Positions 19,467 to 29,954 of a stretch of DNA of 64,000 nt are shown in pieces. Source of the stretch: Verrucomicrobiota bacterium. GTDB taxonomy: Bacteria; Verrucomicrobiota; Verrucomicrobiia; Limisphaerales; AAA164-E04. The notes beneath the pieces are model-generated. The model searched no databases. It was given only the letters and a program-made list of their open reading frames with translations, and was not told the origin of the DNA. A program made the position numbers and the translations under genes. Location of the stretch: contig CP170459.1 of NCBI GenBank assembly GCA_047947115.1, forward strand, positions 1,072,386-1,136,385, given 5' to 3'. The stretch's first letter is position 1; each line of letters starts with the position of its first letter.

Positions 19467-19919
19467 ATGCATACCAAATTTTCCAAAACCCTTTGCTCAC
19501 TCATCGGAACCATGGCCGTTATCGCAGCACTCCTCACAGGATGCGGCGGCGACTCTGCTCCCAAGGCTGTTGCCAAGGACATTGATGCAGTCGCCATGAT
19601 GGAAAAACTCATGAGCGACAACTCCAAGGAACGGTTTGACGCCCTGATTGAACTCAGTGAGGGCCGGGAGAATGCAGCTCCGGCTTTGGATATGATTGAG
19701 GAAGTTTTGAAAACCGACAAGGATGCCAAGAACAGGGAAATGGCAGCCTACGTGTTGATGCAAATGGGCCCCAAAGCCGCCAAACCAGCTTTGCCAACCC
19801 TCAAGGAAGCCTTGGAAAAAGAAAAGAACGGAAACGTTCAAATCAACATCATCAACGCATGGAACGCCATCGACCCCGACACCGCACCAAACGGCGGCGG
19901 ACGGGGCAACCAGCCTTGA
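19467..19919 (+). CDS. HEAT-repeat lipoprotein
   Basis: Start moved to ATG at 19467 (AAAGGA upstream); lipobox LTGC; REMAAYVLMQMGPKAAKPALPTL. Confidence 0.8.
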   Translation: MHTKFSKTLCSLIGTMAVIAALLTGCGGDSAPKAVAKDIDAVAMMEKLMSDNSKERFDALIELSEGRENAAPALDMIEEVLKTDKDAKNREMAAYVLMQMGPKAAKPALPTLKEALEKEKNGNVQINIINAWNAIDPDTAPNGGGRGNQP

Positions 19920-20229
19920 TAAAAAGCTTTCCTGGGTAGCGGGTGCCTGCCTATACCGCGACTGCGTGGATCCCCGGCGTGCCACCTTATGGCTTGCGAA
20001 TGTCATATCACCCCACGAAGGGAACCCCGACAATGACCTCTCTGTCCGACAGCGGCTCTTGGGCGCAGTCTGAAAAAATAGAAGGCAAGCGCCGCCTTGC
20101 AACCACTTCAAACCTTCAGAACATCCAAGATGTAATCAGTATGCTATGGAAACGCTGCAGCATCTCGAAAACCGTTGGCTGTCCGCATCGCATGTTTATT
20201 GGTTAGGAATAGCCCTAAGGAAGAATTAT

Positions 20230-20254
20230 GGGAAGAGGTAGCACTCATCCCTCC
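20230..20254 (-). repeat. GGAG-type REP-like hairpin
   Basis: Reverse complement GGAGGGATGAGTGCTACCTCTTCCC is 18/25 identical to the copy at 33611. Confidence 0.4.
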
Positions 20255-20259
20255 ATGCT

Positions 20260-20760
20260 TTAAAAAGGAAACCCAATCACTCCCTCAGGGAGTTGCACAT
20301 GGAACAACATTCCAAAAAGCAATTTAATCCCGATCATCAAAGCCAAGATCATGGAGCCGGACACATACCATCGGCTCCCCTGCATCCATACCAAAGCAAA
20401 TCCGAATCCAAGGGAAGATAAGGTAAAACCCAACCAGGGAATCAAAAAAATATAAGCGCCAAAACCCAATAAGAACCCCAAAAGCGCTTTGGTCCTTGTC
20501 GTTTCCGTCTTGTTTAATGCACCAGATGGGTGCGTTGCTGATTTCCATTTCGCGAACAAGCCGCTCCCGCACAAAGCAACACCACCTGTCGTCATCAAGA
20601 CGCCAAGCAAAATGGGAAAAAACTGGGGCCCGGGGTCCTGATTGTTGGCAAATCCAGGCTTTTTAATGTCCATGGAAAGGACCAATGCAAGCAAGCCCAG
20701 GATCAGCCAGACAGCTCCTGACAGAGTCTGCCGTGATGACTCGTCGAATGTCGTGTTCAT
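20260..20760 (-). CDS. tctB: Tripartite tricarboxylate transporter small TM subunit
   Basis: DPGPQFFPILLG, LGF, LF..LFHVQLP; four TM helices; follows tctC. Confidence 0.85.
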   Translation of the reverse strand: MNTTFDESSRQTLSGAVWLILGLLALVLSMDIKKPGFANNQDPGPQFFPILLGVLMTTGGVALCGSGLFAKWKSATHPSGALNKTETTRTKALLGFLLGFGAYIFLIPWLGFTLSSLGFGFALVWMQGSRWYVSGSMILALMIGIKLLFGMLFHVQLPEGVIGFPF

Positions 20761-21782
20761 TGCTGGCTGGCATATCCAGTCGCATCTATCACCTTCTCCC
20801 ACTTGGCATCCTCAGACCGCAGGAATTCCTTGAAAGCGTTACCTTGTTTTAATTCGATGCCGAATCCGTTCTTCTTCATAAAGGATTGGTAAGCTTCAGA
20901 GTGAGTAATTTCAGAAAAGGCTTCGGTTAATTTGATCACCACAGATTCGGGAGTCTCAAGAGGCAACATCAAACCGCGCCACCCTACCATCTCCCAATCA
21001 ATCCCGGCCTCCTTGCAAGTAGGATAATCAGGATAATCCGCCAGCCTTTCGCCAGACATGACGGATAACACACGCAATTCCCCGGCTTCAATTTGGGCTG
21101 CAGCTTCAGGAACACTGCAACATACAGCATCAATGTGTCCCCCCATCAATTCGACCAAAGAAGGTGCCGAACCCTGCGTTGGAATCCACAGAATGGAATC
21201 CACGGGCAAACCGGCAGCAATCTGAAATCCGGCCCGCGCCAAATCCCACGCGCCCCCGGTGGCGGTTCCCGACATCTGCACCTTGCCGGGATTGGCTTTG
21301 ACGTGATCGAGAAATTCCTGAAGCGAATTCCACGGTGCATCCTTGCGCACGATCAAAGCAGCGGCGTCCGCATTGACCTGCATCAAAGGTGTGTAACGCT
21401 CGTATGTAAGATCGGAAATACCCATCCAATGCATGGTGCTCAATTCAAAGGTCCCCATTGTGATGGTATATCCGTCAGGTTTGGCATTGGCGCCAAATGA
21501 ATGCCCCACCGCCCCACTGCCACCAGTTTTATTCTGCACCACACAAGGTACGTCCAGAGAAGTTTTGAGGGCATCGGCCAAAAACCTGGACACACGATCA
21601 GTCCCTCCACCGGCATTCCAGGGACAAATGATGGTGATGGTCTTGGTGGGATAATCTGCGCTGGAATCGACGGAATGTTGTCCGGATTGGGGACCACAGC
21701 CAGACAACAAACCCGCGATCATCAAACAGACACTTTCCCGCCTGACAAGAGCGGACAACCATTTTGGGTATAAAAGCTTCAT
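20757..21782 (-). CDS. tctC: Tripartite tricarboxylate transporter substrate-binding lipoprotein (Bug/TctC)
   Basis: YPTKTITIICPWNAGGGTD, NKTGGSG, PDGYT, GWRGL; lipobox LSGC; start uncertain. Confidence 0.92.
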   Translation of the reverse strand: MKLLYPKWLSALVRRESVCLMIAGLLSGCGPQSGQHSVDSSADYPTKTITIICPWNAGGGTDRVSRFLADALKTSLDVPCVVQNKTGGSGAVGHSFGANAKPDGYTITMGTFELSTMHWMGISDLTYERYTPLMQVNADAAALIVRKDAPWNSLQEFLDHVKANPGKVQMSGTATGGAWDLARAGFQIAAGLPVDSILWIPTQGSAPSLVELMGGHIDAVCCSVPEAAAQIEAGELRVLSVMSGERLADYPDYPTCKEAGIDWEMVGWRGLMLPLETPESVVIKLTEAFSEITHSEAYQSFMKKNGFGIELKQGNAFKEFLRSEDAKWEKVIDATGYASQQ

Positions 21783-21863
21783 GAGGTGCACCGAGCATGC
21801 TCCAAAACCCATGCAGTGACAAGACTCCATTCCCAAGTCACCAAACGAAACTTATGATTGAAC

Positions 21864-22040
21864 CTACTTAACGGAATCAGGCGCAAGCGGCTTCAAATCC
21901 ACTTGTTCGCTATGATTCGTCGGCTCAGAGACATGTGGGGAAAACATTCCACGGGATAGTTTAAAAAGATGAACGGCCACCAGAATGGCGCCGACCACAA
22001 TAAGCACATCAACTAGAATGAGACCCTTGGAAATGGCCAT
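21864..22040 (-). CDS. Small single-TM hypothetical protein
   Basis: MAISKGLILVDVLIVVGAILVAVHLF, 58 aa. Confidence 0.4.
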   Translation of the reverse strand: MAISKGLILVDVLIVVGAILVAVHLFKLSRGMFSPHVSEPTNHSEQVDLKPLAPDSVK

Positions 22041-22324
22041 GGAACGATAAACCTTTGTAAATTGAAATGTCACCATCCTCACCTGAAAAGCTGGTGAATT
22101 GGATTCAGGTTGATCCATAAAAAAAGACAATCACGGTATTCAGTTATTACTAATTCGAAATTATACAGTTCGACTGGAATAACCACCATAATCAGTACCA
22201 AATTTCCGCCATTAAGTCCTAAAATACGACATTTTGAGGGATTTTATGTCTGAGTGATGGTGTCCATGCACGCTTACTGAAGACGATTCCTCTTGATCAA
22301 TACGCTGAAGGGTCCAAGCCGGGA

Positions 22325-22673
22325 AATTTTCAATGATAAACTCGGAGGCATGCATCCCCGGTGACACCTCTGTTTCAATGGCGTCGCGTACGTCAGAAAA
22401 TTTGGAGATCAGGCAGTGGTCATTGTGTTGGATGCCGCATCCACCGGAACCTTTGCGTATGAGTGTGCGGTGGATGTACTTGTAGTGACATACGAAGATA
22501 TTTTGAAAGACGGTTTACTGATCGATGAATCCACACAAAACAAATGGGATCCCTGGTCGGGTGAGGCAGTGGAGGGTTCGTTGAAAGAAAAGCGTCTTCG
22601 TCCGGTGTACGACCTGATCACCTACATGAATGCCTAGGAAAATTTCTATCCTGATGGTCAGTTGATCCGATAG
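22325..22673 (+). pseudogene. Decayed DUF3179-like C-terminal remnant
   Basis: LIDESTQNKWDPWSGEAVEGSLKEKRL...TYMNA*ENFYPD; TAG at 22635-22637 where Trp is expected; upstream part frameshifted. Confidence 0.6.
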
Positions 22674-22707
22674 TGTTGCCGTTTCCCGAATCTGTTTATA
22701 GTATATT

Positions 22708-22850
22708 GAACCGCAGATTTGCGCAGATGTTGGGTCAATAAAATTTGGCAGTAGAAACAACTCGAATCGGTCAAAAAACAAGGCCATTCCAAAAGTACCG
22801 ATCACAACTTCCTTACCACTATCTGCGTCCATCTGTAAAATCTGCGGTTC
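22708..22850. repeat. MITE-like element with CAGAT/ATCTG inverted ends
   Basis: GAACCGCAGATTT (22708) and AAATCTGCGGTTC (ends 22850) form a perfect 13-bp inverted repeat with internal ATCTG sub-repeats. Confidence 0.6.
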
Positions 22851-22879
22851 CAACAACAACTCGTGAAGGATGGACAAGG

Positions 22880-24022
22880 CTACTTGGTCGAGTTGTCGGC
22901 ATCGGTAACTTCTTTGAGCCGGATTTTCTGGCTCATCTGTATGGAGATCTTGGTCTCTCCGGGCAGCATGGCTTTCATGGCCTCAGGGACGCTCATGAGC
23001 ATGGTCATTTCCTGAGTGGCGTCCGATTCCACGATGTGGCCTGATATCTGATCGAGCTTGATGAGTCCGGTATTTTTGCCGCCTTCCATCGAAATCTTCA
23101 TACCCATCATCTCATCAATTTGATCCTGTCCAGCAAGCACCTTGCCTTCGTAGGATAAGACATTCAACTGAACTTCGCCCTGAGTGGTCTGGCCCAGATA
23201 TGTGTAGGCGTTGTCGATATCCATGGCACCACTGATTCCGAAGACCTGGGTATAAATGCGATTCCACTTATCGCCGCCTTTGACTGCCGTTTCGGGTAGA
23301 AAAGGATATTGGATCAACTGTTTGAATTGGTCTTCTTGAACGATACCTTGAGCAACGGATTTTGCGGCAGCGGGAAGAGCGTTGATCACTTTTTCATACA
23401 TTTCATCCACTCCTTCAACGGAAGTAATTTCCCCGGCGGGATTCAAGGTCATGGTGAGCTTTTGTCCCATCAATGCGTCCAATCCGGCCAACATGGAATG
23501 CATTGGATCGATGGATTCGGCGGCCTTTTTGTTGTCGCTGTCGTAGTTGAGCTTGTTGCCCATCATGTCCATGTTCAGCTTGGCGGCCAGGAATTCCATT
23601 TCGAGCTGGGTATTTCCACTGGCAGGGTCCTTCCGGGTGGTGAGCGCATAGGTGAAGTTTTGATCGGCCTTGCTGTTCATAGCGGCGGCCAGGGGAGAAT
23701 TGCCTGCAGACGTGACCTGATCGATGCCAATCTCATATACAAACCTTTTTCCTACAGGCCATTTTAAGGTGAGCTGCTGTGGTTCAAGTATGCTTGTTAT
23801 ACCCTGTTTCAACTCCGGATGTTCCTCCTGCATGCCGGATAGGGTTGTTTGGTTTATCCCATTGCTGGTTGCGACGCTTTTGGCTTCCTGTTGGGACGTC
23901 TGATCGGCTGTGATCGGATCTTCGGTTTCCATTTTGGAGCAACCGATGAAGAGGATTGCCAGACACCATATAAGAAGAAATGATTTCATCAAATTTGACT
24001 GCATGATCCCAGACCATTTCAC
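22880..24022 (-). CDS. DUF6263-like lipoprotein
   Basis: Lipobox FIGC; YDSD, G.ITSVEG, LPETAVKGGDKW. Confidence 0.7.
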   Translation of the reverse strand: MKWSGIMQSNLMKSFLLIWCLAILFIGCSKMETEDPITADQTSQQEAKSVATSNGINQTTLSGMQEEHPELKQGITSILEPQQLTLKWPVGKRFVYEIGIDQVTSAGNSPLAAAMNSKADQNFTYALTTRKDPASGNTQLEMEFLAAKLNMDMMGNKLNYDSDNKKAAESIDPMHSMLAGLDALMGQKLTMTLNPAGEITSVEGVDEMYEKVINALPAAAKSVAQGIVQEDQFKQLIQYPFLPETAVKGGDKWNRIYTQVFGISGAMDIDNAYTYLGQTTQGEVQLNVLSYEGKVLAGQDQIDEMMGMKISMEGGKNTGLIKLDQISGHIVESDATQEMTMLMSVPEAMKAMLPGETKISIQMSQKIRLKEVTDADNSTK

Positions 24023-24100
24023 AGCATCTTAGGAATGGCAAGGAGAAGTCATCACGGATTTGATTGCCTGATGCTTTGAATTCAGATAGGCATCCTTGTC

Positions 24101-25345
24101 ATGAAAATACGTGTGCTTTTCATCTTGGGCATTCTCTTGGCGACTTCCATGATCGCCAGTGCTGAGGGATATCTGGCAGGGGTCGCGGTGCGGGATGTCA
24201 CCCCGTCTCCGTTGCTTCCGGTGTCGGGCGGCATCGGCCCGTCGAATCCGGTAGAAGAACAACGCGGCAACCTAACTGTGCGAGCATTCGCCGTTCAAAA
24301 CGGGGAATCGACGGTCGTGTTTGTTTCATCCGATTTTCTTGGCTTTCCATCCGCTCTGGGAAATCGTGTGCGTGAAAAAGTACACTGGATCCCCGGGGAA
24401 AACATCCTTATTGGAGCTTCCCACACACACAGCGCACCGGATTGCTATGGCTTTCCCGACGGAAAAGGCGGAACCAGCGCAGACCCGAAATACTGGGATC
24501 TCGTGTGCAACCAGATGGCGGCAGCCATCCACTCGGCATTGGCTTCCTTGCGCCCGGTGCAATTGAAAATCAACACGGGTGAAGCTCGTGGAAAAATCGC
24601 CTATAACGCCTACGCAGAAGCACTCTATGATCCACGTTGCCACGTCATTCAGGCAGTGGGCTCTGATGGAAAACCGGTTGTGACATTGGTGAATTATGCC
24701 GTACATCCCGAGGTGTTGGGATCGAATGCGGGGATTTGCAGTCCGGACCTGATCTGGCCCATGACCGAGCGCATCGAACAGGAACTTGGCGGAGTCGCGA
24801 TGTTCATGAACAGCGCCCAGGGCGGCATGGTAACTGCGGACAACCGCAAAGAGGACGGCAGTGACTCCCGCACCTGGGACGAATGCCTGAGAATAGGTCA
24901 TCTATTGGCGGATGAAGCCATGCGCATCATAGGTGAAGCAGACTTTCAGACCGAATCCCACCTGGTGGTTCACGCCAGTAAAGTCTCCTTCCCCGTGGAA
25001 TCCAGGGAAATGCTGGCCGTGTTGGAGGCATCGCCTTTGAAGTTTGAGTTGGAAGATCAGTCACGCATTACCACGACGATGAACCTGGTCGAACTGGGCA
25101 ATGCGCAAATTTTGACCATTCCGGGGGAGGCACTGCCCAATATCGGTTATTATCTGAAACGTCAGATGCAAGGCGAGCACAACCTGTTATTCGGTCTGAC
25201 CAATGACGCATTTGGCTACATCATGACCCGTGTGGACTGGGGAAGTTTTAAGCGCTACCAATATATCACACGGGTTTCTCTGGGTGAAGGCACTGGAGAG
25301 GCTTTGATCACCGAATCGATCAAACTGATTGATCGGACACGCTGA
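24101..25345 (+). CDS. Secreted neutral/alkaline ceramidase-like hydrolase
   Basis: Signal peptide; ASHTHSAPD, NYAVHPEV, PGE, GLTND..GY. Confidence 0.8.
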   Translation: MKIRVLFILGILLATSMIASAEGYLAGVAVRDVTPSPLLPVSGGIGPSNPVEEQRGNLTVRAFAVQNGESTVVFVSSDFLGFPSALGNRVREKVHWIPGENILIGASHTHSAPDCYGFPDGKGGTSADPKYWDLVCNQMAAAIHSALASLRPVQLKINTGEARGKIAYNAYAEALYDPRCHVIQAVGSDGKPVVTLVNYAVHPEVLGSNAGICSPDLIWPMTERIEQELGGVAMFMNSAQGGMVTADNRKEDGSDSRTWDECLRIGHLLADEAMRIIGEADFQTESHLVVHASKVSFPVESREMLAVLEASPLKFELEDQSRITTTMNLVELGNAQILTIPGEALPNIGYYLKRQMQGEHNLLFGLTNDAFGYIMTRVDWGSFKRYQYITRVSLGEGTGEALITESIKLIDRTR

Positions 25346-25366
25346 GTTTCTTTGGAGACATTGTTC

Positions 25367-25807
25367 ATGAGGGAAAAGCCATTGGAAAATCTGGAACCGG
25401 GTCGAACGGTGTTTGAGACCACATCCAGCGTTCGGCCGGATGATATCGACATGTTTCGGCATGTGCACGCCAGCAAATATCAGGATTACCTGCTGGCGGC
25501 TCGATTCGACCAGATGAACCGCTGCTACGGCATTTCGATGGAACAATTCATCGAAGCTGGCTTTGGTTGGTATGTGCGAGAGTTTCAGATTGAATACAAA
25601 CGATCGCTCGGACTCGGGGACACATTCAAGGTGCGCACCTGGATTCAGGATTTTTATCGTACCGGAGTTCAGGTGGAATACGAGATCGTTCGCTTGCCGG
25701 ATGAGAAACTCAGCTGCCGTGGATCCTCCCATTACACGCTCATTTCCTTGAAAACACAGCGACCGGAACCTATTCCAAACTGGGTTCTGGAAAAGTACAC
25801 AGTTTGA
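25367..25807 (+). CDS. Acyl-CoA thioesterase (4HBT/YbgC hotdog fold)
   Basis: VRPDDIDMFRHV...Y..Y...AR; start 25352 or 25367. Confidence 0.88.
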   Translation: MREKPLENLEPGRTVFETTSSVRPDDIDMFRHVHASKYQDYLLAARFDQMNRCYGISMEQFIEAGFGWYVREFQIEYKRSLGLGDTFKVRTWIQDFYRTGVQVEYEIVRLPDEKLSCRGSSHYTLISLKTQRPEPIPNWVLEKYTV

Positions 25808-25954
25808 GACTATATTATTTCTTCCTTCCACAGGGCCTCGGAAATAGGATACTAAGGGGGAGGGAGGTTGAAGGTGTTTTTGTAGACTTATCTGGAAATC
25901 GCTTTCGAATCATGACATCCCAAAGTTGTCAAATAGTTGTAACACTATCGAAAA

Positions 25955-26503
25955 ATGCAGAAAGTCTTGTTTATTTGTACGGGGAATTGGTACCGCAGTC
26001 GGTTGTCTGAAGTGCTGTTCAATTACTACGCCATGCTTGGAAAAATTGAATGGCGTGCCGACTCACGCGGGATGACCGAGACTTCCATTCGTGGCATTTC
26101 TCCGGACGCAATGGCTTATCTTGAAAAGAAAGGACTGCACACCTACCTCGACGAACCCCGAGATCCGGAAGCTATCAAAGTGTCCGATCTGGAGGAAAAC
26201 GATCTGATCATTGCCTTGTGCCGGGATGAACACGAGGGAATGATGCGTGAACGATTCGGCCAGATTCCCAAGTTCATGGAGAACCAGGGTAAGCTTCGTT
26301 TCTGGAATGTATTTGACGTCCCGCCTGACATGCCGTCCGGATTCAGAAGCCTGTTTGGCTCCAAAAGCGAGCGACCTTCACAGCCTGCTCACAGCAGTTC
26401 CGAGCACATCGACCTTGCCGTCAAGCTGCTGATTCATGAGTTATCGGAAAATCAGCTGAAAGCGACCATGGATCCCAAATCTACCGGTCAGGAAAGAGAA
26501 TAA
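25955..26503 (+). CDS. Low-molecular-weight phosphatase family protein
   Basis: VLFICTGNWYRS P-loop; ADSRG. Confidence 0.85.
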   Translation: MQKVLFICTGNWYRSRLSEVLFNYYAMLGKIEWRADSRGMTETSIRGISPDAMAYLEKKGLHTYLDEPRDPEAIKVSDLEENDLIIALCRDEHEGMMRERFGQIPKFMENQGKLRFWNVFDVPPDMPSGFRSLFGSKSERPSQPAHSSSEHIDLAVKLLIHELSENQLKATMDPKSTGQERE

Positions 26504-26505
26504 AA

Positions 26506-27549
26506 TCAGGGAACCTCGACATCGGAATGATCAGGTGCGATTACTTGAGCGTCCGGCAGAGGGGTTCTGCGGCGACGCCACCATTGTTTGAGCAAACCCT
26601 GAGATGGACTGAATGCCCAGGCCAATCCGAATAACCCCGAACCAGCCACCACCATGCAGCCAGCAGTGGAACTGTTCAACCAGATGGCCAGGTGCACGCC
26701 CACAACGGTACTCAACGCGGCATGCAGGATGGATAACATCATGACTTTGGGAAACCGGGTGGTCAGCAACGAAGCCGTTGCTCCGGGCAAGATCAACATG
26801 GCAATCACCAGAATCGCGCCCACCGCTTCAAACGCGCTGATAACTATCACCGACAACCAGCACATCAACGCATAATGCACACAGGTGGCGTTGATGCCCA
26901 TCGATGATGCCAATCCGGGGTCAAAGGAACTCACAAGTAATTCCTTGTAAAACAACAGGACCAAACCAAGCGTTAATAATGCAACCATCCCCATCCGGAC
27001 CACAGGATCCGGTGCGATTTCATGTCCGGCCAATGAGGTGAACGGTTGAATGGACACGAAAGCGATTTCGCCATGCAAAACGCAATCGGCATCCAAATCC
27101 ACCTTATCGGCATAGACACTGATCAAGACCACCCCCAGGGCAAACAATGTAGAGAAAGTGATGCCGATGGCGGCATCCTGTTTGATTCGGGTGCGTTTGT
27201 GGATGATTTCAATCAGCATGGTCGTGACGATGCCGGCGACCAGAGAACCGATAAAAACGGCAAGCCCGTAAGAAAACCCATGTGAAGAAGCACTGGCATC
27301 ATCAGCGCCCCCACCGACCGACCAGGCGTTCGCAACCAGAAACCCGATCGCCAATCCCGGCAGCACACTGTGGCTGATGGCGTCCCCCACCAGAGCCATT
27401 CGGCGCAGAATCAGGTAATTCCCCGCCAAACCGCACGCGGCACAGACGAAAAAGCCCATGAGGACAATCCACCCGTAAATGGGGAGGTCGGTCGTCCAAG
27501 GAGCCACCACCACCGTTTGCCAATCCCAGGCTGGAATCAATTCATTCAT
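26506..27549 (-). CDS. Mn/Zn/Fe ABC transporter permease (TroD/MntD-like)
   Basis: GDAISHSVLPG, DAAIG, YKELLVSSFDP, AVGAILV. Confidence 0.92.
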   Translation of the reverse strand: MNELIPAWDWQTVVVAPWTTDLPIYGWIVLMGFFVCAACGLAGNYLILRRMALVGDAISHSVLPGLAIGFLVANAWSVGGGADDASASSHGFSYGLAVFIGSLVAGIVTTMLIEIIHKRTRIKQDAAIGITFSTLFALGVVLISVYADKVDLDADCVLHGEIAFVSIQPFTSLAGHEIAPDPVVRMGMVALLTLGLVLLFYKELLVSSFDPGLASSMGINATCVHYALMCWLSVIVISAFEAVGAILVIAMLILPGATASLLTTRFPKVMMLSILHAALSTVVGVHLAIWLNSSTAGCMVVAGSGLFGLAWAFSPSQGLLKQWWRRRRTPLPDAQVIAPDHSDVEVP

Positions 27550-29036
27550 GACTGTTTCCCATAACCGGTGCTGCCACCCGACAATCCACCCGACCCCGCC
27601 CCGTGCACCGATACAATGTCTTCAGGAGACGGGATGGGTTTACCGTGTGGATCTCGGCTGGCGAAGTTCAATTGCCGTTCGAGCTGACGCACGATGTCCT
27701 CACCCAGAATATGTTCTATTTCTTCCGCATCATCGTGAACATGATCGGGTGGATAATTGGCGGCATCGGTCAGATACAACTCCCACAAACGATGGTTTCG
27801 AACAATGGTTTGAGCGCGGCGCATTCCCTCCGGAGTGAGGTAGAGTGCCTTTTCGCCCGGAGGCAGCGTAGCGAACCCCATGTGTTGGAGCTCCCGGCAT
27901 GACTCTTCCGATGTTTCCAGCGTCTGCCTGCGCGATTCCGCCAGTTCCATGAACGTAACACCTTCTCGTTTGAAACCTTCCCGTTCCATGACATGAAATA
28001 CCGCCTTGAGTGTGTTCTCACGCCGTACGCGTCCGGACCGGGCACGTTGTGTCCACCATCGATGAAGGATGCCGTGCCTTGGTGCGAAGAGAAACGCCAG
28101 TAAAAACAACCCCGCAGCGGAAAGTACCATGAACGGTCCGGTAGGTAGCTGATGCCCCAGAAACGAAAAAAAAGCGCCCAGAGCACCTGAAACCATTCCC
28201 AGCACACACGCAATGATTACCATGCGATGCAGACGGTCACTCAACAAATAGCTCGTGGCGGCAGGAGTGATCAGCATGGCGGAAACCAGCACCACACCGA
28301 CGGCCTGCAAGGCAATCACCACGGAAAATGCCAACAACAACATGAACCCATGGTGCACCCAAGGCACCGGCATATCGATACAATGGGCAAATCCGGCGTC
28401 AAAACTCACCGTGAGCAATTCCTTGTAAAACAACCAAACCAAACCCACGGTCAACACGGTTACCACAGCCATGAGCTGGATATCGGACGCTCCAAGCGAT
28501 GCGGCCTGACCGAACAGGAATTTGTCGATACCGCTTTTATTGCCTGATGGAAGACGCTGGATCATGGTGACCAGGCAAATCCCGACACCGAAAAAACCTG
28601 CAAGCACCATGCCCAGTGCGGTGTCCTCTTTCAATTTGGTGGTGGCGGTCAATCGCGTCACCATGAAACTGCCAAGCAAGCCTGCCATCGTGGCCCCCAC
28701 AAAAATGGCGATGGGATCCTTCTCCATATTCCAAAGAAAACCGGCCGCCACTCCGGGCAGAACGGCATGTGAAATGGTATCCCCCACCAAGGCCAGTTTC
28801 CTGACCAACAAAAAGCTACCCAACATGCCGCACGTGAAACCCAGAAGAATGGCTCCTGTCAGAGCATACCGAAGAGATGGATCCCGAAAGCTGAAAAAGC
28901 GAAGTGCCTGATCCAGGACAGATATTTCGGTGATCTCTCCAATACGCGCGGCATGCATCTGTGATAAGGAAGCAAACAGGAACAAACACAGCAATCCGCT
29001 CAAATGAACACGCACTGTTTTCATGATGACAAGCAT
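27546..29036 (-). CDS. Metal ABC permease fused to a C-terminal DtxR/MntR-type repressor domain (YtgCR-like)
   Basis: ABC-3 permease motifs, then RENTLK...LTPEG...VRNHRLWELYL...HVHDDAEEIEH...DPHGKPIP; start 29024 or 29036. Confidence 0.9.
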   Translation of the reverse strand: MLVIMKTVRVHLSGLLCLFLFASLSQMHAARIGEITEISVLDQALRFFSFRDPSLRYALTGAILLGFTCGMLGSFLLVRKLALVGDTISHAVLPGVAAGFLWNMEKDPIAIFVGATMAGLLGSFMVTRLTATTKLKEDTALGMVLAGFFGVGICLVTMIQRLPSGNKSGIDKFLFGQAASLGASDIQLMAVVTVLTVGLVWLFYKELLTVSFDAGFAHCIDMPVPWVHHGFMLLLAFSVVIALQAVGVVLVSAMLITPAATSYLLSDRLHRMVIIACVLGMVSGALGAFFSFLGHQLPTGPFMVLSAAGLFLLAFLFAPRHGILHRWWTQRARSGRVRRENTLKAVFHVMEREGFKREGVTFMELAESRRQTLETSEESCRELQHMGFATLPPGEKALYLTPEGMRRAQTIVRNHRLWELYLTDAANYPPDHVHDDAEEIEHILGEDIVRQLERQLNFASRDPHGKPIPSPEDIVSVHGAGSGGLSGGSTGYGKQS

Positions 29037-29040
29037 AGGC

Positions 29041-29868
29041 TCAGGACTTGGTCTGACGGACGGCATCGGCGACTTCAGAAAGAATGGTCAATCGGCCTCC
29101 ATAGGTCTTCTGAAGTTTGTCATAGGTAAAAACCTCCTCAGTCGGACCAAAATCCACCAAACGCATATTGAGCAACACCAGCATGTTGAAGTAATTACGG
29201 GCGGTCGGAAGATCATGATGCACTACGAGGATGGTTTTCCCCTGCTTTCTGAGTTCATGAAGCAACGAGATAATTGAGGATTCCGTTGCCGCATCGACAC
29301 CTGCAAAAGGCTCGTCCATCAGATACAGATCACTCTCCTGTGCCAAAGCGCGCGCCAAAAAAACGCGCTGCTGCTGCCCACCACTCAAGTTGGCAATCTG
29401 GCGATCGGCATAAGGCATCATTTTGACTTTTTCCAGACAGGCACAGGCTATATCACGATCCTGCTTTTTGGGTCGCTTGAACAAGCCCAACTTCCCGTAT
29501 CGCCCCATCAGGACAACATCCATTACATTCACTGGAAAATCCCAGTCCACCGACTCACGTTGAGGCACATAACCCACCCTTCGCAGGTTCTTCTTGTTCG
29601 ATTCCCCAAACAGACGCACCCAACCGCTATCGGTCGGGATGAGTCCCATAATGGCTTTGATCAAAGTAGACTTGCCAGCTCCGTTCGGACCAATAATACC
29701 AATCAGTTTTCCGGGCGGTATACGTAAATCGATCCCATAGAGAACCGGTTTGTGGTGATAGGCCACCGTCAGATCATGAACCTCCAACGGAACTTCCGCA
29801 TCCGACAAGCCCTTGGTCCATTTGTCCGTCTGGACATGATCAGGCAATGGAATGTTTGGTTGATTCAT
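29041..29868 (-). CDS. Metal ABC transporter ATPase (TroB/MntB-like)
   Basis: [40 protein letters not shown]. Confidence 0.95.
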   Translation of the reverse strand: MNQPNIPLPDHVQTDKWTKGLSDAEVPLEVHDLTVAYHHKPVLYGIDLRIPPGKLIGIIGPNGAGKSTLIKAIMGLIPTDSGWVRLFGESNKKNLRRVGYVPQRESVDWDFPVNVMDVVLMGRYGKLGLFKRPKKQDRDIACACLEKVKMMPYADRQIANLSGGQQQRVFLARALAQESDLYLMDEPFAGVDAATESSIISLLHELRKQGKTILVVHHDLPTARNYFNMLVLLNMRLVDFGPTEEVFTYDKLQKTYGGRLTILSEVADAVRQTKS

Positions 29869-29954
29869 ATGGATGATGATCTTGTTCCAGCTCCCCACGA
29901 TCGGGCAGCTTCTCAAGACCTTATACTAACTCAGGCGCTGAGTGCATCAAGCAA

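Noticed and set aside
20140-20210. Possible ISL3 transposase C-terminal scar (NKHAMRTANGFRD, minus strand)
   Set aside because: Too short and weak to distinguish from chance.
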